Numbered from the stretch's first letter, positions 1-7,907 are shown. The stretch: 14,206 bases of DNA from a virus (IMGVR_UViG_2531839665_000025:1-14206), one strand, 5' to 3'. The notes: generated by a model from the letters alone, not told the origin. A program made the numbers and translations.

Positions 1-1284
1 TTACTTCTTCGCCTCTGCAACCACTTTACTACCCACGCCGCGGTTATTGTATTCCCACATGCGGTTGTAGTTAGTGTCATTCAGATTGCGCTGTATTTCG
101 TCGTTATCATCTACGCTGCCGGTATTACCCGCAAACGGACGATTAGAGATCACCGCATCGGCCCACGGTTTAGCCGTGTTAAAACCTTCGTTGATGGCGC
201 TATCACGGATCACCACCTGACCGTTGGTATTGGCATCAACATCCAGCGAGCGGCCCAGTTGCGCCACACCATCACCGAAAGCATTGAAACGGCTGTTTAC
301 GGCGAGGAAACCGTAGTAAATGTTGGACAGCGTAGCCGGTGCAAACACATACGCTTCTTGCTGAGTACGTGAGTTCACCACGCGGAATTCGGTGTTATCG
401 AACACCACTGCGCCGCGACCAGAAACGATATCCACATCCCCTTCAATGTAGCTGTTGGTCACCAGCGTACGCGGCTGACGGTTGGTTTCCAGACGGTTCT
501 GCACACCGCTGTTGGTGACAAAGAAGGTGTTCTGACGACCGAGAATGTTAACGTTGTTAATCTGTACCTGGTCACCATCAGTACGCAGTGCCACCGCCGG
601 ATGGTTACCTGCATCTACGCTATCGCCCAGCGTGTTTTCGATGGTCAGATTTTGCAGTTGCAGGCCATTGTTTTGTGACCAGAAGACCGCAGAGCAGAGA
701 ACACCGATACTGTCGCTGCGTTTGCTCTGGCAGCTATCGTACATATACCACGCTGGTTTACCTGGCATATATTTGCCGCGCGGGTTGACGTCGTGACGCC
801 AGTCGGCAGGGCTCATGCCCCCATCAAGGGAAAGCCCAATCTTCACATCAATCGGTTTTTCACCTGTACCGTACAGAGTAATTCCACCCGGAGCAGCAGG
901 GACATACACCGTTCCCTGATACTCACCAGGCATCACGGCAATATACTGGCGCTTGTTAGTGCGCTTGATAATTGCCGCATCTACCGCCGCCTGAATCGTG
1001 GTATGCGTTACACCTTGAGTACCCGCCGGGCCGACAACAAAGTCAGGTTGCGCAGGCAGGGTAATCGGGGAAGGATTCCACGCTGCAGCACCTGGTGTCA
1101 GGGATGCAAAATAGTGTTGAGCATCGAAATTCTGCGCTTCTTTTGCCGACAGAATCGGGCGAGAAGAGGTACCAGGCGCGGTTTGATCAGAAGGACGTTG
1201 ATCGGGTGGTGTTGAGCTACAGGCGGTCAGCGTCACGCCAAAAGCCAATGCCAGCGCCAGACGGGAAACTGAAAATGTGTTCAC
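1..1284 (-). CDS. ybhC: Host gene ybhC: putative pectinesterase-family outer-membrane lipoprotein, complete, GTG start
   Basis: 427-aa ORF; N-terminus MNTFSVSRLALALAFGVTLTAC has a lipoprotein signal with lipobox-like LTAC; matches remembered E. coli YbhC, the gene flanking attB-lambda on the gal side. Start codon is GTG (plus-strand cac at 1282-1284). Confidence 0.85.
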   Translation of the reverse strand: MNTFSVSRLALALAFGVTLTACSSTPPDQRPSDQTAPGTSSRPILSAKEAQNFDAQHYFASLTPGAAAWNPSPITLPAQPDFVVGPAGTQGVTHTTIQAAVDAAIIKRTNKRQYIAVMPGEYQGTVYVPAAPGGITLYGTGEKPIDVKIGLSLDGGMSPADWRHDVNPRGKYMPGKPAWYMYDSCQSKRSDSIGVLCSAVFWSQNNGLQLQNLTIENTLGDSVDAGNHPAVALRTDGDQVQINNVNILGRQNTFFVTNSGVQNRLETNRQPRTLVTNSYIEGDVDIVSGRGAVVFDNTEFRVVNSRTQQEAYVFAPATLSNIYYGFLAVNSRFNAFGDGVAQLGRSLDVDANTNGQVVIRDSAINEGFNTAKPWADAVISNRPFAGNTGSVDDNDEIQRNLNDTNYNRMWEYNNRGVGSKVVAEAKK

Positions 1285-1330
1285 AGGTTGCTCCGGGCTA
1301 TGAAATAGAAAAATGAATCCGTTGAAGCCT

Positions 1331-1418
1331 GCTTTTTTATACTAAGTTGGCATTATAAAAAAACATTGCTTATCAATTTGTTGCAACGAACAGGTCACTA
1401 TCAGTCAAAATAAAATCA
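1331..1418. other. attL: attL: 15-bp lambda core GCTTTTTTATACTAA (1331-1345) followed by phage P' arm with IHF H' site (about 1371-1390) and Int arm-type sites AGGTCACTAT / CAGTCAAAAT (1392-1411)
   Basis: Exact core sequence seen; left of core reads tgaagcct as in attB, right of core is P'-arm sequence leading directly into the int 3' end. Confidence 0.9.
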
Positions 1419-2489
1419 TTATTTGATTTCAATTTTGTCCCACTCCCTGCCTCTGTCATCACGATACTGTGATGCCATGGTGTCCGACTTATGTCCGAGA
1501 AGATGTTGAGCAAACTTATCGCTTATCTGCTTCTCATAGAGTCTTGCAGACAAACTGCGCAACTCGTGAAAGGTAGGCGGATCCCCTTCGAAGGAAAGAC
1601 CTGATGCTTTTCGTGCGCGCATAAAATACCTTGATACTGTGCCGGATGAAAGCGGTTCACGACGAGTAGATGCAATTATGGTTTCTCCGCCAAGAATCTC
1701 TTTGCATTTATCAAGTGTTTCCTTCATTGATATCCCGAGAGCATCAACATGCAATGTTGTAGGGATGGCAATTTTTACGCCTGTTTTGCTTTGTTCGACA
1801 TAAAGATATCCATCTACGATATCAGACCACTTCATTTCGCATAAATCACCAACTCGCTGCCCGGTAACAACAGCCAGTTCCATTGCAAGTCTGAGCCAAC
1901 ATGGTGATGATTCTGCTGCTTGATAAATTTTCAGGTATTCGTCAGCCGTAAGTCTTGATCTCCTTACCTCTGATTTTGCTGCGCGAGTGGCAGCGACCGG
2001 GTTTGTTGTTATATGGCCTTCAGCTATTGCCTCTCGGAATGCATCGCTCAGTGTTGATCTGATTAACTTGGCTGACGCCGCCTTGCCCTCGTCTATGTAT
2101 CCATTGAGCATTGCCGCAATTTCTTTTGTGGTGATGTCTTCAAGTGGAGCATCAGGCAGCCCCCTCCTTATTGCTTTAATTTTGCTCATGTAATTTATGA
2201 GTGTCTTCTGCTTGATTCCTCTGCTGGCGAGGATTTTTTCGTAGCGATCAAGCCATGAATGTAACGTAACAGAATTATCACTGTTGATTCTCGCTGTCAG
2301 AGGCTTGTGTTTGTGTCCTGAAAATAACTCAATATTGGCCTGTATTGCTTCAGTGATTGCTATCCTCCTGTCTCGGCCTAAACCAAACTCTTTACCCGTC
2401 CTTGGGTCCCTGTAGCAGTAATATCCATTGTTTCTTATATAAAGGTTAGGGGGTAAATCCCGGCGCTCATGACTTCGCCTTCTTCCCAT
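1419..2489 (-). CDS. int: Integrase (tyrosine recombinase), lambda Int
   Basis: 356-aa ORF MGRRRSHERRDLPPNLYIRNNGYYCYRDPRTGKEF...; near-identical to remembered lambda Int; sits next to attL; 5' end overlaps xis. Confidence 0.97.
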   Translation of the reverse strand: MGRRRSHERRDLPPNLYIRNNGYYCYRDPRTGKEFGLGRDRRIAITEAIQANIELFSGHKHKPLTARINSDNSVTLHSWLDRYEKILASRGIKQKTLINYMSKIKAIRRGLPDAPLEDITTKEIAAMLNGYIDEGKAASAKLIRSTLSDAFREAIAEGHITTNPVAATRAAKSEVRRSRLTADEYLKIYQAAESSPCWLRLAMELAVVTGQRVGDLCEMKWSDIVDGYLYVEQSKTGVKIAIPTTLHVDALGISMKETLDKCKEILGGETIIASTRREPLSSGTVSRYFMRARKASGLSFEGDPPTFHELRSLSARLYEKQISDKFAQHLLGHKSDTMASQYRDDRGREWDKIEIK

Positions 2490-2685
2490 TTCTGATCCTC
2501 TTCAAAAGGCTACCTGTTACTGGTCGATTTAAGTCAACCTTTACCGCTGATTCGTGGAACAGATACTCTCTTCCATCCTTAACCGGAGGAGGGAATATCC
2601 TGCATTCGCGCACCCATCGACGAACTGTTTCAAGGCTTCTTGGGCGTCGCTGGCGAGCGTTCCACTCCTGAAGTGTCAAGTACAT
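2467..2685 (-). CDS. xis: Excisionase, lambda Xis (72 aa); internal ATG of the 102-aa track ORF
   Basis: MYLTLQEWNARQRRPRSLETVRRWVRECRIFPPPVKDGREYLFHESAVKVDLNRPVTGSLLKRIRNGKKAKS matches lambda Xis; ATG at 2683-2685; overlaps int start as in lambda. Confidence 0.93.
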   Translation of the reverse strand: MYLTLQEWNARQRRPRSLETVRRWVRECRIFPPPVKDGREYLFHESAVKVDLNRPVTGSLLKRIRNGKKAKS

Positions 2686-2697
2686 CGCAAAGTCTCC

Positions 2698-2711
2698 GCA
2701 ATTACACGCAA
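2698..2711 (-). promoter_or_regulatory. cII-box-like TTGC-N6-TTGC inside xis (position of lambda pI -35 region)
   Basis: Minus strand reads TTGCGTGTAATTGC; same motif and location as remembered lambda pI. Confidence 0.5.
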
Positions 2712-2712
2712 G

Positions 2713-2733
2713 AAAAAGCCGCATTGATGCGGC
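2713..2733 (-). terminator. Putative intrinsic terminator (minus strand): stem GCCGCA-TCAA-TGCGGC followed by T5
   Basis: Perfect 6-bp GC-rich inverted repeat 2718-2733 with A-run 2713-2717 on plus (U-run on minus transcript); lies downstream of the 114-aa gene. Confidence 0.5.
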
Positions 2734-2802
2734 GATGGTAGGTCTGGATATCATTGAGCAATGAACAGGCCTCACCGAGTGTGAGGCGGTGTTATTTCAT
2801 GG

Positions 2803-3147
2803 TTAGTCCTTGCGTAGCTCGCTGATTCTTCTGTAAGTCTCTGGTGCTTTGTTTCCGTGTATCTTCATTTCAGACTTCAACAGAGCAACGAGGGAATCCC
2901 ATTCGTTGAGGATTCCTTTGAATGCCGGAACGCGCTTTGCAACCTTGTTGAATGAATCTCTGATTTCTGGAATCTGCTCAACAAGTGCAACGCATCGTCT
3001 GAAATCGGCTGCGTCATGGGGAGCGCCGAAGTGATGACCATAGATATTCTTTTTCAGTCCACATGCGATTGAGGCAAGAGTTGCGCTACTGATGCCAACA
3101 TCGCCAGTCGATTGCCATTTCAAAACCTTCATAGCCAAATCTGACAT
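2803..3147 (-). CDS. Hypothetical 114-aa protein; cargo (moron) gene between xis and a lambda-like terminator
   Basis: ORF MSDLAMKVLKWQSTGDVGISSATLASIACGLKKNIYGHHFGAPHDAADFRRC...; ATG at 3145-3147 with SD GGAGA about 7 nt upstream; no lambda counterpart recalled; no family recognised. Confidence 0.6.
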   Translation of the reverse strand: MSDLAMKVLKWQSTGDVGISSATLASIACGLKKNIYGHHFGAPHDAADFRRCVALVEQIPEIRDSFNKVAKRVPAFKGILNEWDSLVALLKSEMKIHGNKAPETYRRISELRKD

Positions 3148-3161
3148 TTCTTGTCTCCAAT

Positions 3162-3183
3162 AAAAAAAACCGCCATCAGGCGG
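3162..3183 (-). terminator. Intrinsic terminator (minus strand): GCCGCC-TGAT-GGCGG hairpin plus T8
   Basis: Plus strand aaaaaaaaccgccatcaggcgg; on minus strand a GC stem followed by 8 U. The same element is recalled in lambda between ea8.5 and xis. Confidence 0.7.
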
Positions 3184-3249
3184 CTTGGTGTTCTTTCAGT
3201 TCTTCAATTCGAATATTGGTTACATTGTTTTCATATATGAATAAATAAA

Positions 3250-3429
3250 TTAGCTTTTTTCGTTGCCTTCGCGTTCTTTATTAATTTTGACAAAATCGTT
3301 TTTACCACGCTCTCCAAATGCGTCTTTAGAGTCGTTGTATCCGCAATCGCAGCACACATAATCATCAGACCATCCACGCATTGTTTTTTCTTTTGCAATA
3401 TTTCCAGAACCGCATTTTGGACAAGACAT
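3250..3429 (-). CDS. Small zinc-ribbon protein (59 aa) with CPKC...CCDC motif
   Basis: MSCPKCGSGNIAKEKTMRGWSDDYVCCDCGYNDSKDAFGERGKNDFVKINKEREGNEKS; internal ATG at 3427-3429 preceded by SD GGAGGT; the track ORF 3250..3462 begins at a TTG with no SD. Confidence 0.55.
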   Translation of the reverse strand: MSCPKCGSGNIAKEKTMRGWSDDYVCCDCGYNDSKDAFGERGKNDFVKINKEREGNEKS

Positions 3430-3525
3430 ATCACTACCTCCAAAGCATGAGAGAGATGACAACGTAACATTGATTGGAGATTAACAATAGATTGCTGATG
3501 TAAAAGATATGTATAAGCTTAGCTA

Positions 3526-4314
3526 TCAAAGAGGAGGTTCTGGTAGTTGCATCCAGTCGGTTACATTGCGACTCTGTGTTTCGAAAAATTCATCACCATT
3601 GCGGACAATATCGAAAAACTCTCCGTCTCGATATTGCGCATAAAGAACGAATGCGCCATCACATAAAATAATTACGTGCTGACCATCATCTGGCATTAGC
3701 TCACTACAGCTTATCCAACCATCCGGAGTTACCGGAAGCGAGAACGGCAGCACATCTCTGTGAACAAGTTTTTGCTGTGACAGGTTATCCAGAACTTTCT
3801 GTACTGCTGCATCACCGAATACACCAAGCGCATCTGCCATAACTCCTACAACCTGATAAGCCTCAGCGCATACCGTGGATAAACCATCCGGAATTACCGG
3901 AGAGTTGCCGGGTTCTTTAATGTGCAAGCGAGGCTCACCATCTTTTGGTTCAGGCCACTGGCGCTCCATGTTGATCTTCAATTTATCTTCCATAGCAGCG
4001 GTAATTTCAGCATCGCTGATGCCAGCACGGCGCTGTGCATCCCACAACAGGAAATGCATATCAGCCCACTCGCTGAGATCGTCTGGTTCGGCTGCGGCTT
4101 CCAGAGCCTCTTTTGAGAGGTGTTTCAGTGGACCAATGGGGCCAACGCAGCCAAATGTGGAGTCAGACCATTTGGCATGCTCGTGGCGAATCAGTTCGCG
4201 TTCCAGTGATGCCAGTGCAATTCGTGCCAGTTCCATTTGTTCGCCACGAGTAAGCCCGTTTTCAAGCGGATTTTTAATGAACAATTCAATACGTTCTTTG
4301 GTAATAGTGGTCAT
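3526..4314 (-). CDS. Two-domain phage protein: N-terminal MazG-like nucleotide pyrophosphohydrolase-like domain (DUF550-like) and C-terminal DUF551-like domain
   Basis: 262 aa; N-terminal region carries paired acidic helices (EALEAAAE ... EWAD) reminiscent of MazG-type NTP-PPases; C-terminus DGWISCSELMPDD...TDWMQLPEPPL resembles the remembered DUF551 signature; SD AAGGA before ATG at 4312-4314. Confidence 0.5.
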   Translation of the reverse strand: MTTITKERIELFIKNPLENGLTRGEQMELARIALASLERELIRHEHAKWSDSTFGCVGPIGPLKHLSKEALEAAAEPDDLSEWADMHFLLWDAQRRAGISDAEITAAMEDKLKINMERQWPEPKDGEPRLHIKEPGNSPVIPDGLSTVCAEAYQVVGVMADALGVFGDAAVQKVLDNLSQQKLVHRDVLPFSLPVTPDGWISCSELMPDDGQHVIILCDGAFVLYAQYRDGEFFDIVRNGDEFFETQSRNVTDWMQLPEPPL

Positions 4315-4324
4315 TTGTTAGTCC

Positions 4325-5080
4325 TTAAAGTGCTAGTTGCAATTGCATTTCAAAGCGGTCGCGTTGTTCACAATACGCAAGAGAACCAGGGCTATTGTGT
4401 GCCTCAATCCGTTCTACCATTAATGCTGCGCGTGTCTCTTTACTTGCAGGTGCATAAGCCCCAGACCAGGCTTTATCAATACCGATGTTTCGAGCGACGT
4501 TCGTACTATCTGCGCTGGCTAAGGGTAATTTTGTGAATATCAGCGGATTTAACATGCGCAATCCATGTAGTTTCGTAACCGGCTGACCATGCCCATCAAC
4601 AATGTGACGAATCAGGTCTTTCATTCTGGCTACCGCAAGAGTTGGGCGCTTTACGTCATAGTCGCCACAACTACCGATAGCCACTCGCGGAAACTCATTG
4701 CACAAATGAATAAATCGCTCGTCACTTTCATTCATGTGCCACACTGGAACGCCAGCTAGTTTTCCGTGAGGCCACTCATTCAGAAGCGCATCATTTTCCT
4801 CCTCTCCGCCATCAATAACATCCGGGATAATGGCAAAATCGAATCCTGGGTGATTCTTCCAGCGAGCAACAAACTCGTAGTAATCGCTCCAGTCGATTTT
4901 GTTTTTGCCAGCTGCTTTCCAGGCGGTGAATGCACCGTTGTCCAGCGCGAACGACTGACAGTATTCAGCCGCGAGATTGATCTGGCCTGAATGCGCAAAA
5001 CTGATAAACGCATGTCGCCCTTTCCATGCTCTCATTGCGCACGTATCAGGAGTAATAGGCCCACCGTGGTAGTGAATCAT
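4325..5080 (-). CDS. TGT-fold (tRNA-guanine transglycosylase / DpdA-like) protein, 251 aa, lacking the C-terminal zinc subdomain
   Basis: Motif order parallels bacterial Tgt: HGGPITP (cf. VVETPCFMPVGT), FALDNGAFTAW (cf. LTDSGGFQVF), FDFAIIPDVI (cf. DIVMIFDEC), RVAIGSCGD (cf. YAVGGLAVGE), ADSTNVARNIG (cf. FDCVMPTRNARNG). Start taken at ATG 5078-5080 with SD AAGGAGA; the track's longer start at 5122 has no SD. Confidence 0.5.
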   Translation of the reverse strand: MIHYHGGPITPDTCAMRAWKGRHAFISFAHSGQINLAAEYCQSFALDNGAFTAWKAAGKNKIDWSDYYEFVARWKNHPGFDFAIIPDVIDGGEEENDALLNEWPHGKLAGVPVWHMNESDERFIHLCNEFPRVAIGSCGDYDVKRPTLAVARMKDLIRHIVDGHGQPVTKLHGLRMLNPLIFTKLPLASADSTNVARNIGIDKAWSGAYAPASKETRAALMVERIEAHNSPGSLAYCEQRDRFEMQLQLAL

Positions 5081-5081
5081 C

Positions 5082-5489
5082 TCACTCTCCTTTGATGCGA
5101 ATGCCAGTAGCGCGGATTGCATCGATGACTTCAGAAACTTTGTATGCCATTACCGTTTGGTAATCATCGTGAAAATCTGTTCGATGAAGCATGCTGCTAC
5201 GTTCCGGGAGCAGTATTTCCCGCGCTTCCAGTTCTGCAATGCGCTTTTTTGCTGCTTCCAGTTCATCCAGTAATTCCAGCACGGTAGCCGGATTAGCCTT
5301 GGCAACAAAATCCCGGACTGGCTTACAATCAATCTCCGCAATGGGTTGATACGATGTGTAGCCATGCTGTCTTGTATAACTACCGTGACGAATAACGAAA
5401 AAATCACCATTTATTTTTTTAGCCTGCCACTTATCTTCACCGGCTTTCTCTGCCGCTTCACGCAGTGCCTGAGAGTTAATTTCGCTCAC
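5082..5489 (-). CDS. ea22: Ea22-like protein (135 aa), GTG start overlapping upstream stop
   Basis: N-terminus MSEINSQALREAAE and C-terminus GIRIKGE match remembered lambda Ea22 ends; central part differs. Confidence 0.7.
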   Translation of the reverse strand: MSEINSQALREAAEKAGEDKWQAKKINGDFFVIRHGSYTRQHGYTSYQPIAEIDCKPVRDFVAKANPATVLELLDELEAAKKRIAELEAREILLPERSSMLHRTDFHDDYQTVMAYKVSEVIDAIRATGIRIKGE

Positions 5490-5707
5490 TTCGAACCTCT
5501 CTGTTTACTGATAAGCTCCAGATCCTCCTGGCAACTTGCACAAGTCCGACAACCCTGAACGACCAGGCGTCTTCGTTCATCTATGGGATCGCCACACTCA
5601 CAACAATGAGTGGCGGATATAGTCTGGTAGTTCAGACGACGCATTTTTATTGCTGTATTGCGCTGTAATTCTTCAATTTCTGATGCTGAATCAATGATGT
5701 CCGCCAT
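5486..5707 (-). CDS. TraR/DksA-type C4 zinc-finger protein (73 aa)
   Basis: MADIIDSASEIEELQRNTAIKMRRLNYQTISATHCCECGDPIDERRRLVVQGCRTCASCQEDLELISKQRGSK; CxxC-N17-CxxC; near-identical ORF recalled in lambda. Confidence 0.8.
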   Translation of the reverse strand: MADIIDSASEIEELQRNTAIKMRRLNYQTISATHCCECGDPIDERRRLVVQGCRTCASCQEDLELISKQRGSK

Positions 5708-5756
5708 CTTTCATTAATCCCTGAATTGTTGGTTAATACGCTTGAGGGTAAATGCG

Positions 5757-5783
5757 AATAATAAAAAAGGAGCCTGTAGCTCC
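5757..5783 (-). terminator. Putative intrinsic terminator (minus strand): GGAGC-TACAG-GCTCC plus U-rich tail
   Basis: Plus strand aataataaaaaaggagcctgtagctcc; hairpin then T6ATTATT on the minus transcript. Confidence 0.5.
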
Positions 5784-5805
5784 CTGATGATTTTGCTTTT
5801 CATGT

Positions 5806-6087
5806 TCACCGTTCCTTAAAGACGCCGTTTAACATGCCGATCGCCAGGCTTAAATGAGTCGGTGTGAATCCCATCAGCGTTACCGTTTCGCGGTGCTTCT
5901 TCAGTACGCTACGGCAAATGTCATCGACGTTTTTATCCGGAAACTGCTGTCTGGCTTTTTTGATTTCAGAATTAGCCTGACGGGCAATGCTGCGAAGGGC
6001 GTTTTCTTGCTGAGGTGTCACTGAACAAGCCCCATGTCGGCAAGCATAAGCACACAGAATATGAAGCCCGCTGCCAGAAAAATGCAT
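5806..6087 (-). CDS. Lambda orf61-family small protein (93-aa form)
   Basis: MHFSGSGLHILCAYACRHG...ALRSIARQANSEIKK matches remembered lambda orf61 residues 11 onward; reading frame differs from lambda after a T6/A6 homopolymer (see findings); start uncertain (ATG 6085-6087, or GTG 6019-6021). Confidence 0.6.
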   Translation of the reverse strand: MHFSGSGLHILCAYACRHGACSVTPQQENALRSIARQANSEIKKARQQFPDKNVDDICRSVLKKHRETVTLMGFTPTHLSLAIGMLNGVFKER

Positions 6088-6097
6088 TCAGTGGTTG

Positions 6098-6289
6098 TCA
6101 TACCTGGTCTCTCTCATCTGCTTCTGCTTTCGCCACCATCATTTCCAGCTTTTGTGAAAGGGATGTGGCTAACGTATGAAATTCTTCGTCTGTTTCTACT
6201 GGTATTGGCACAAACCTGACTCCAATTTGAGCAAGGCTATGTGCCATCTCAATGCTCGTTCTTAACTCAACAGGAGATGCTTTGTGCAT
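6098..6289 (-). CDS. Lambda orf63-like small protein (63 aa)
   Basis: 63-aa ORF; 28-nt overlap with next gene, identical to the lambda orf63/orf60a arrangement. Confidence 0.65.
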   Translation of the reverse strand: MHKASPVELRTSIEMAHSLAQIGVRFVPIPVETDEEFHTLATSLSQKLEMMVAKAEADERDQV

Positions 6290-6444
6290 ACAGCCCCTCG
6301 TTTATTATTTATCTCCTCAGCCAGCCGCTGGGCTTTCAGTGGATTTTGGATAACAGAAAGGTCGGGAAATACCCAGCCTCGCTTTGTAACGGAGTAGACG
6401 AAAGTGATCGCACCTACCCGGATATTATCGTGAGGATGCTTCAT
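6262..6444 (-). CDS. Lambda orf60a-like small protein (60 aa from second ATG)
   Basis: [60 protein letters not shown]; ATG at 6442-6444 overlaps the lambda-frame exo stop as ATGA. Confidence 0.65.
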   Translation of the reverse strand: MKHPHDNIRVGAITFVYSVTKRGWVFPDLSVIQNPLKAQRLAEEINNKRGAVCTKHLLLS

Positions 6445-7120
6445 CGCCATTGCTCCCCAAATACAAAACCAATTTCAGCCAGTGCCTCGTCCATTTTTCG
6501 ATGAACTCCGGCACCATCTCGTCAAAACCCGCCATGTACTTTTCATCCCGCTCAACCACGACATAATGCAGTCCTTCACGCTTCATACGCGGGTCATAGT
6601 TGGCAAAGTACCAGGCATCTTTTCGCGTCACCCACATGCTGTACTGCACCTGGGCCATGTAAGCTGACTTTATGGCCTCGAAACCACCGAGCCGGAACTT
6701 CATGAAATCCCGGGAGGTAAACGGGCATTTCAGTTCAAGGCCGTTGCCGTCACTGCATAAACCATCTGGAGAGCAGGCGGTACGCATACTTTCGTCGCGA
6801 TAGATGATCGGTGATTCAGTAACATTCACGCCGGAAGTGAACTCAAACAGGGCTCTGGCGTCGTTCTCGTACTGTTTTCCCCAGGCCAGCGCTTTAGCGT
6901 TAACTTCCGGAGCCACACCGGTGCAAACCTCAGCAAGCAGGGTGTGGAAGTAGGACATTTTCATGTCAGGCCACTCTTTTCCGGAGCGGGGTTTTGCTAT
7001 TACGTTATGAACTTCTGAAGCTGTGATGACGCCGAGCCGTAATTTGTGCCACGCATCATCCCCCTGTTCGACAGCTCTCACGTCGATCCCGGTACGCTGC
7101 AGGATAATGTCCGGTGTCAT
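6425..7120 (-). CDS. exo: Lambda exonuclease (Red-alpha) with frameshifted C-terminus
   Basis: [43 protein letters not shown]... matches lambda Exo up to ...VPEFIEK, then reads [22 protein letters not shown] instead of [17 protein letters not shown]; the lambda-frame stop would be at 6441-6443. Confidence 0.85.
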   Translation of the reverse strand: MTPDIILQRTGIDVRAVEQGDDAWHKLRLGVITASEVHNVIAKPRSGKEWPDMKMSYFHTLLAEVCTGVAPEVNAKALAWGKQYENDARALFEFTSGVNVTESPIIYRDESMRTACSPDGLCSDGNGLELKCPFTSRDFMKFRLGGFEAIKSAYMAQVQYSMWVTRKDAWYFANYDPRMKREGLHYVVVERDEKYMAGFDEMVPEFIEKWTRHWLKLVLYLGSNGDEASSR

Positions 7121-7902
7121 GCTGCCACCTTCTGCTCAGTGGCTTTCTGTTTCAGGAATCCAAGAGCTTTCACTGCTTCGGCCTGTGTCAGTTCTGACGA
7201 TGCGCGAATGTCGCGGCGAAATATCTGGGAACAGAGCGGCAATAAGTCGTCATCCCATGTTTTATCCAGGGCGATTAGCAGAGTGTTAATCTCCTGCATG
7301 GTTTCATCGTTAACCGGAGTGATGTCGCGTTCCGGCTGGCGTTCTGCAGTGTATGCAGTATTTTCGACAATGCGCTCGGCTTCATCCTTGTCATAGATAC
7401 CAGCAAATCCGAAGGCCAGACGGGCACACTGAATCATAGCTTTATGCCGTAACATCCGTTTAGGATGCGACTGCCACGGCCCCGTGATTTCTCTGCCTTC
7501 GCGGGTTTTGAATGGTTCGCGGCGGCATTCATCCATCCATTCGGTAACGCAGATCGGATGATTACGGTCCTTGCGGTAAATCCGGCATGTACAGGATTCA
7601 TTGTCCTGCTCAAAGTCCATGCCATCAAACTGCTGGTTTTCATTGATGATGCGGGACCAGCCATCAACGCCCACCACCGGAACGATGCCGTTCTGCTTAT
7701 CAGGGAAGGCGTAAATTTCTTTCGTCCACGGATTAAGGCCGTACTGGTTGGCGACGATCAACAATGCGATGAACTGCGCATCGCTGGCATCGCCTTTAAA
7801 TGCCGTCTGGCGAAGAGTGGTGATCAGTTCCTGTGGGTCGACAGAATCCATGCCGACACGTTCAGCCAGCTTCCCTGCCAGCGTTGCGAGTGCTGTACTC
7901 AT
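7117..7902 (-). CDS. bet: Recombination protein Bet (Red-beta), single-strand annealing protein
   Basis: 261 aa [59 protein letters not shown]...; ATGA overlap with exo. Confidence 0.97.
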   Translation of the reverse strand: MSTALATLAGKLAERVGMDSVDPQELITTLRQTAFKGDASDAQFIALLIVANQYGLNPWTKEIYAFPDKQNGIVPVVGVDGWSRIINENQQFDGMDFEQDNESCTCRIYRKDRNHPICVTEWMDECRREPFKTREGREITGPWQSHPKRMLRHKAMIQCARLAFGFAGIYDKDEAERIVENTAYTAERQPERDITPVNDETMQEINTLLIALDKTWDDDLLPLCSQIFRRDIRASSELTQAEAVKALGFLKQKATEQKVAA

Positions 7903-7907
7903 CCGTT

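Noticed and set aside
545-1316. Plus-strand ORFs (545..796, 588..788, 793..1215, 1095..1316) inside ybhC
   Set aside because: Antisense shadow ORFs within a well-supported minus-strand host gene; no SD or homology.
1987-2193. Plus-strand 68-aa ORF inside int
   Set aside because: Embedded antisense in the integrase gene; low-complexity translation.
3231-3470. 79-aa minus-strand ORF overlapping the zinc-ribbon gene in another frame
   Set aside because: No SD; the alternative frame gives a zinc-ribbon protein with a strong SD, which is preferred.
3875-4536. Plus-strand ORFs (3875..4321, 3922..4116, 4237..4536) across the DUF551-like and TGT-like genes
   Set aside because: Antisense to longer minus-strand genes with good SDs; serine/arginine-rich, low-complexity translations.
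4766-5013. ORFs 4766..4990 (+) and 4780..5013 (-) inside the TGT-like gene
   Set aside because: Embedded overlapping frames, no independent signals.
5081-5122. Upstream 14-codon extension of the TGT-like ORF (track start at 5122)
   Set aside because: No SD before that ATG; the internal ATG at 5078-5080 has SD AAGGAGA and sits just after the ea22-like stop.
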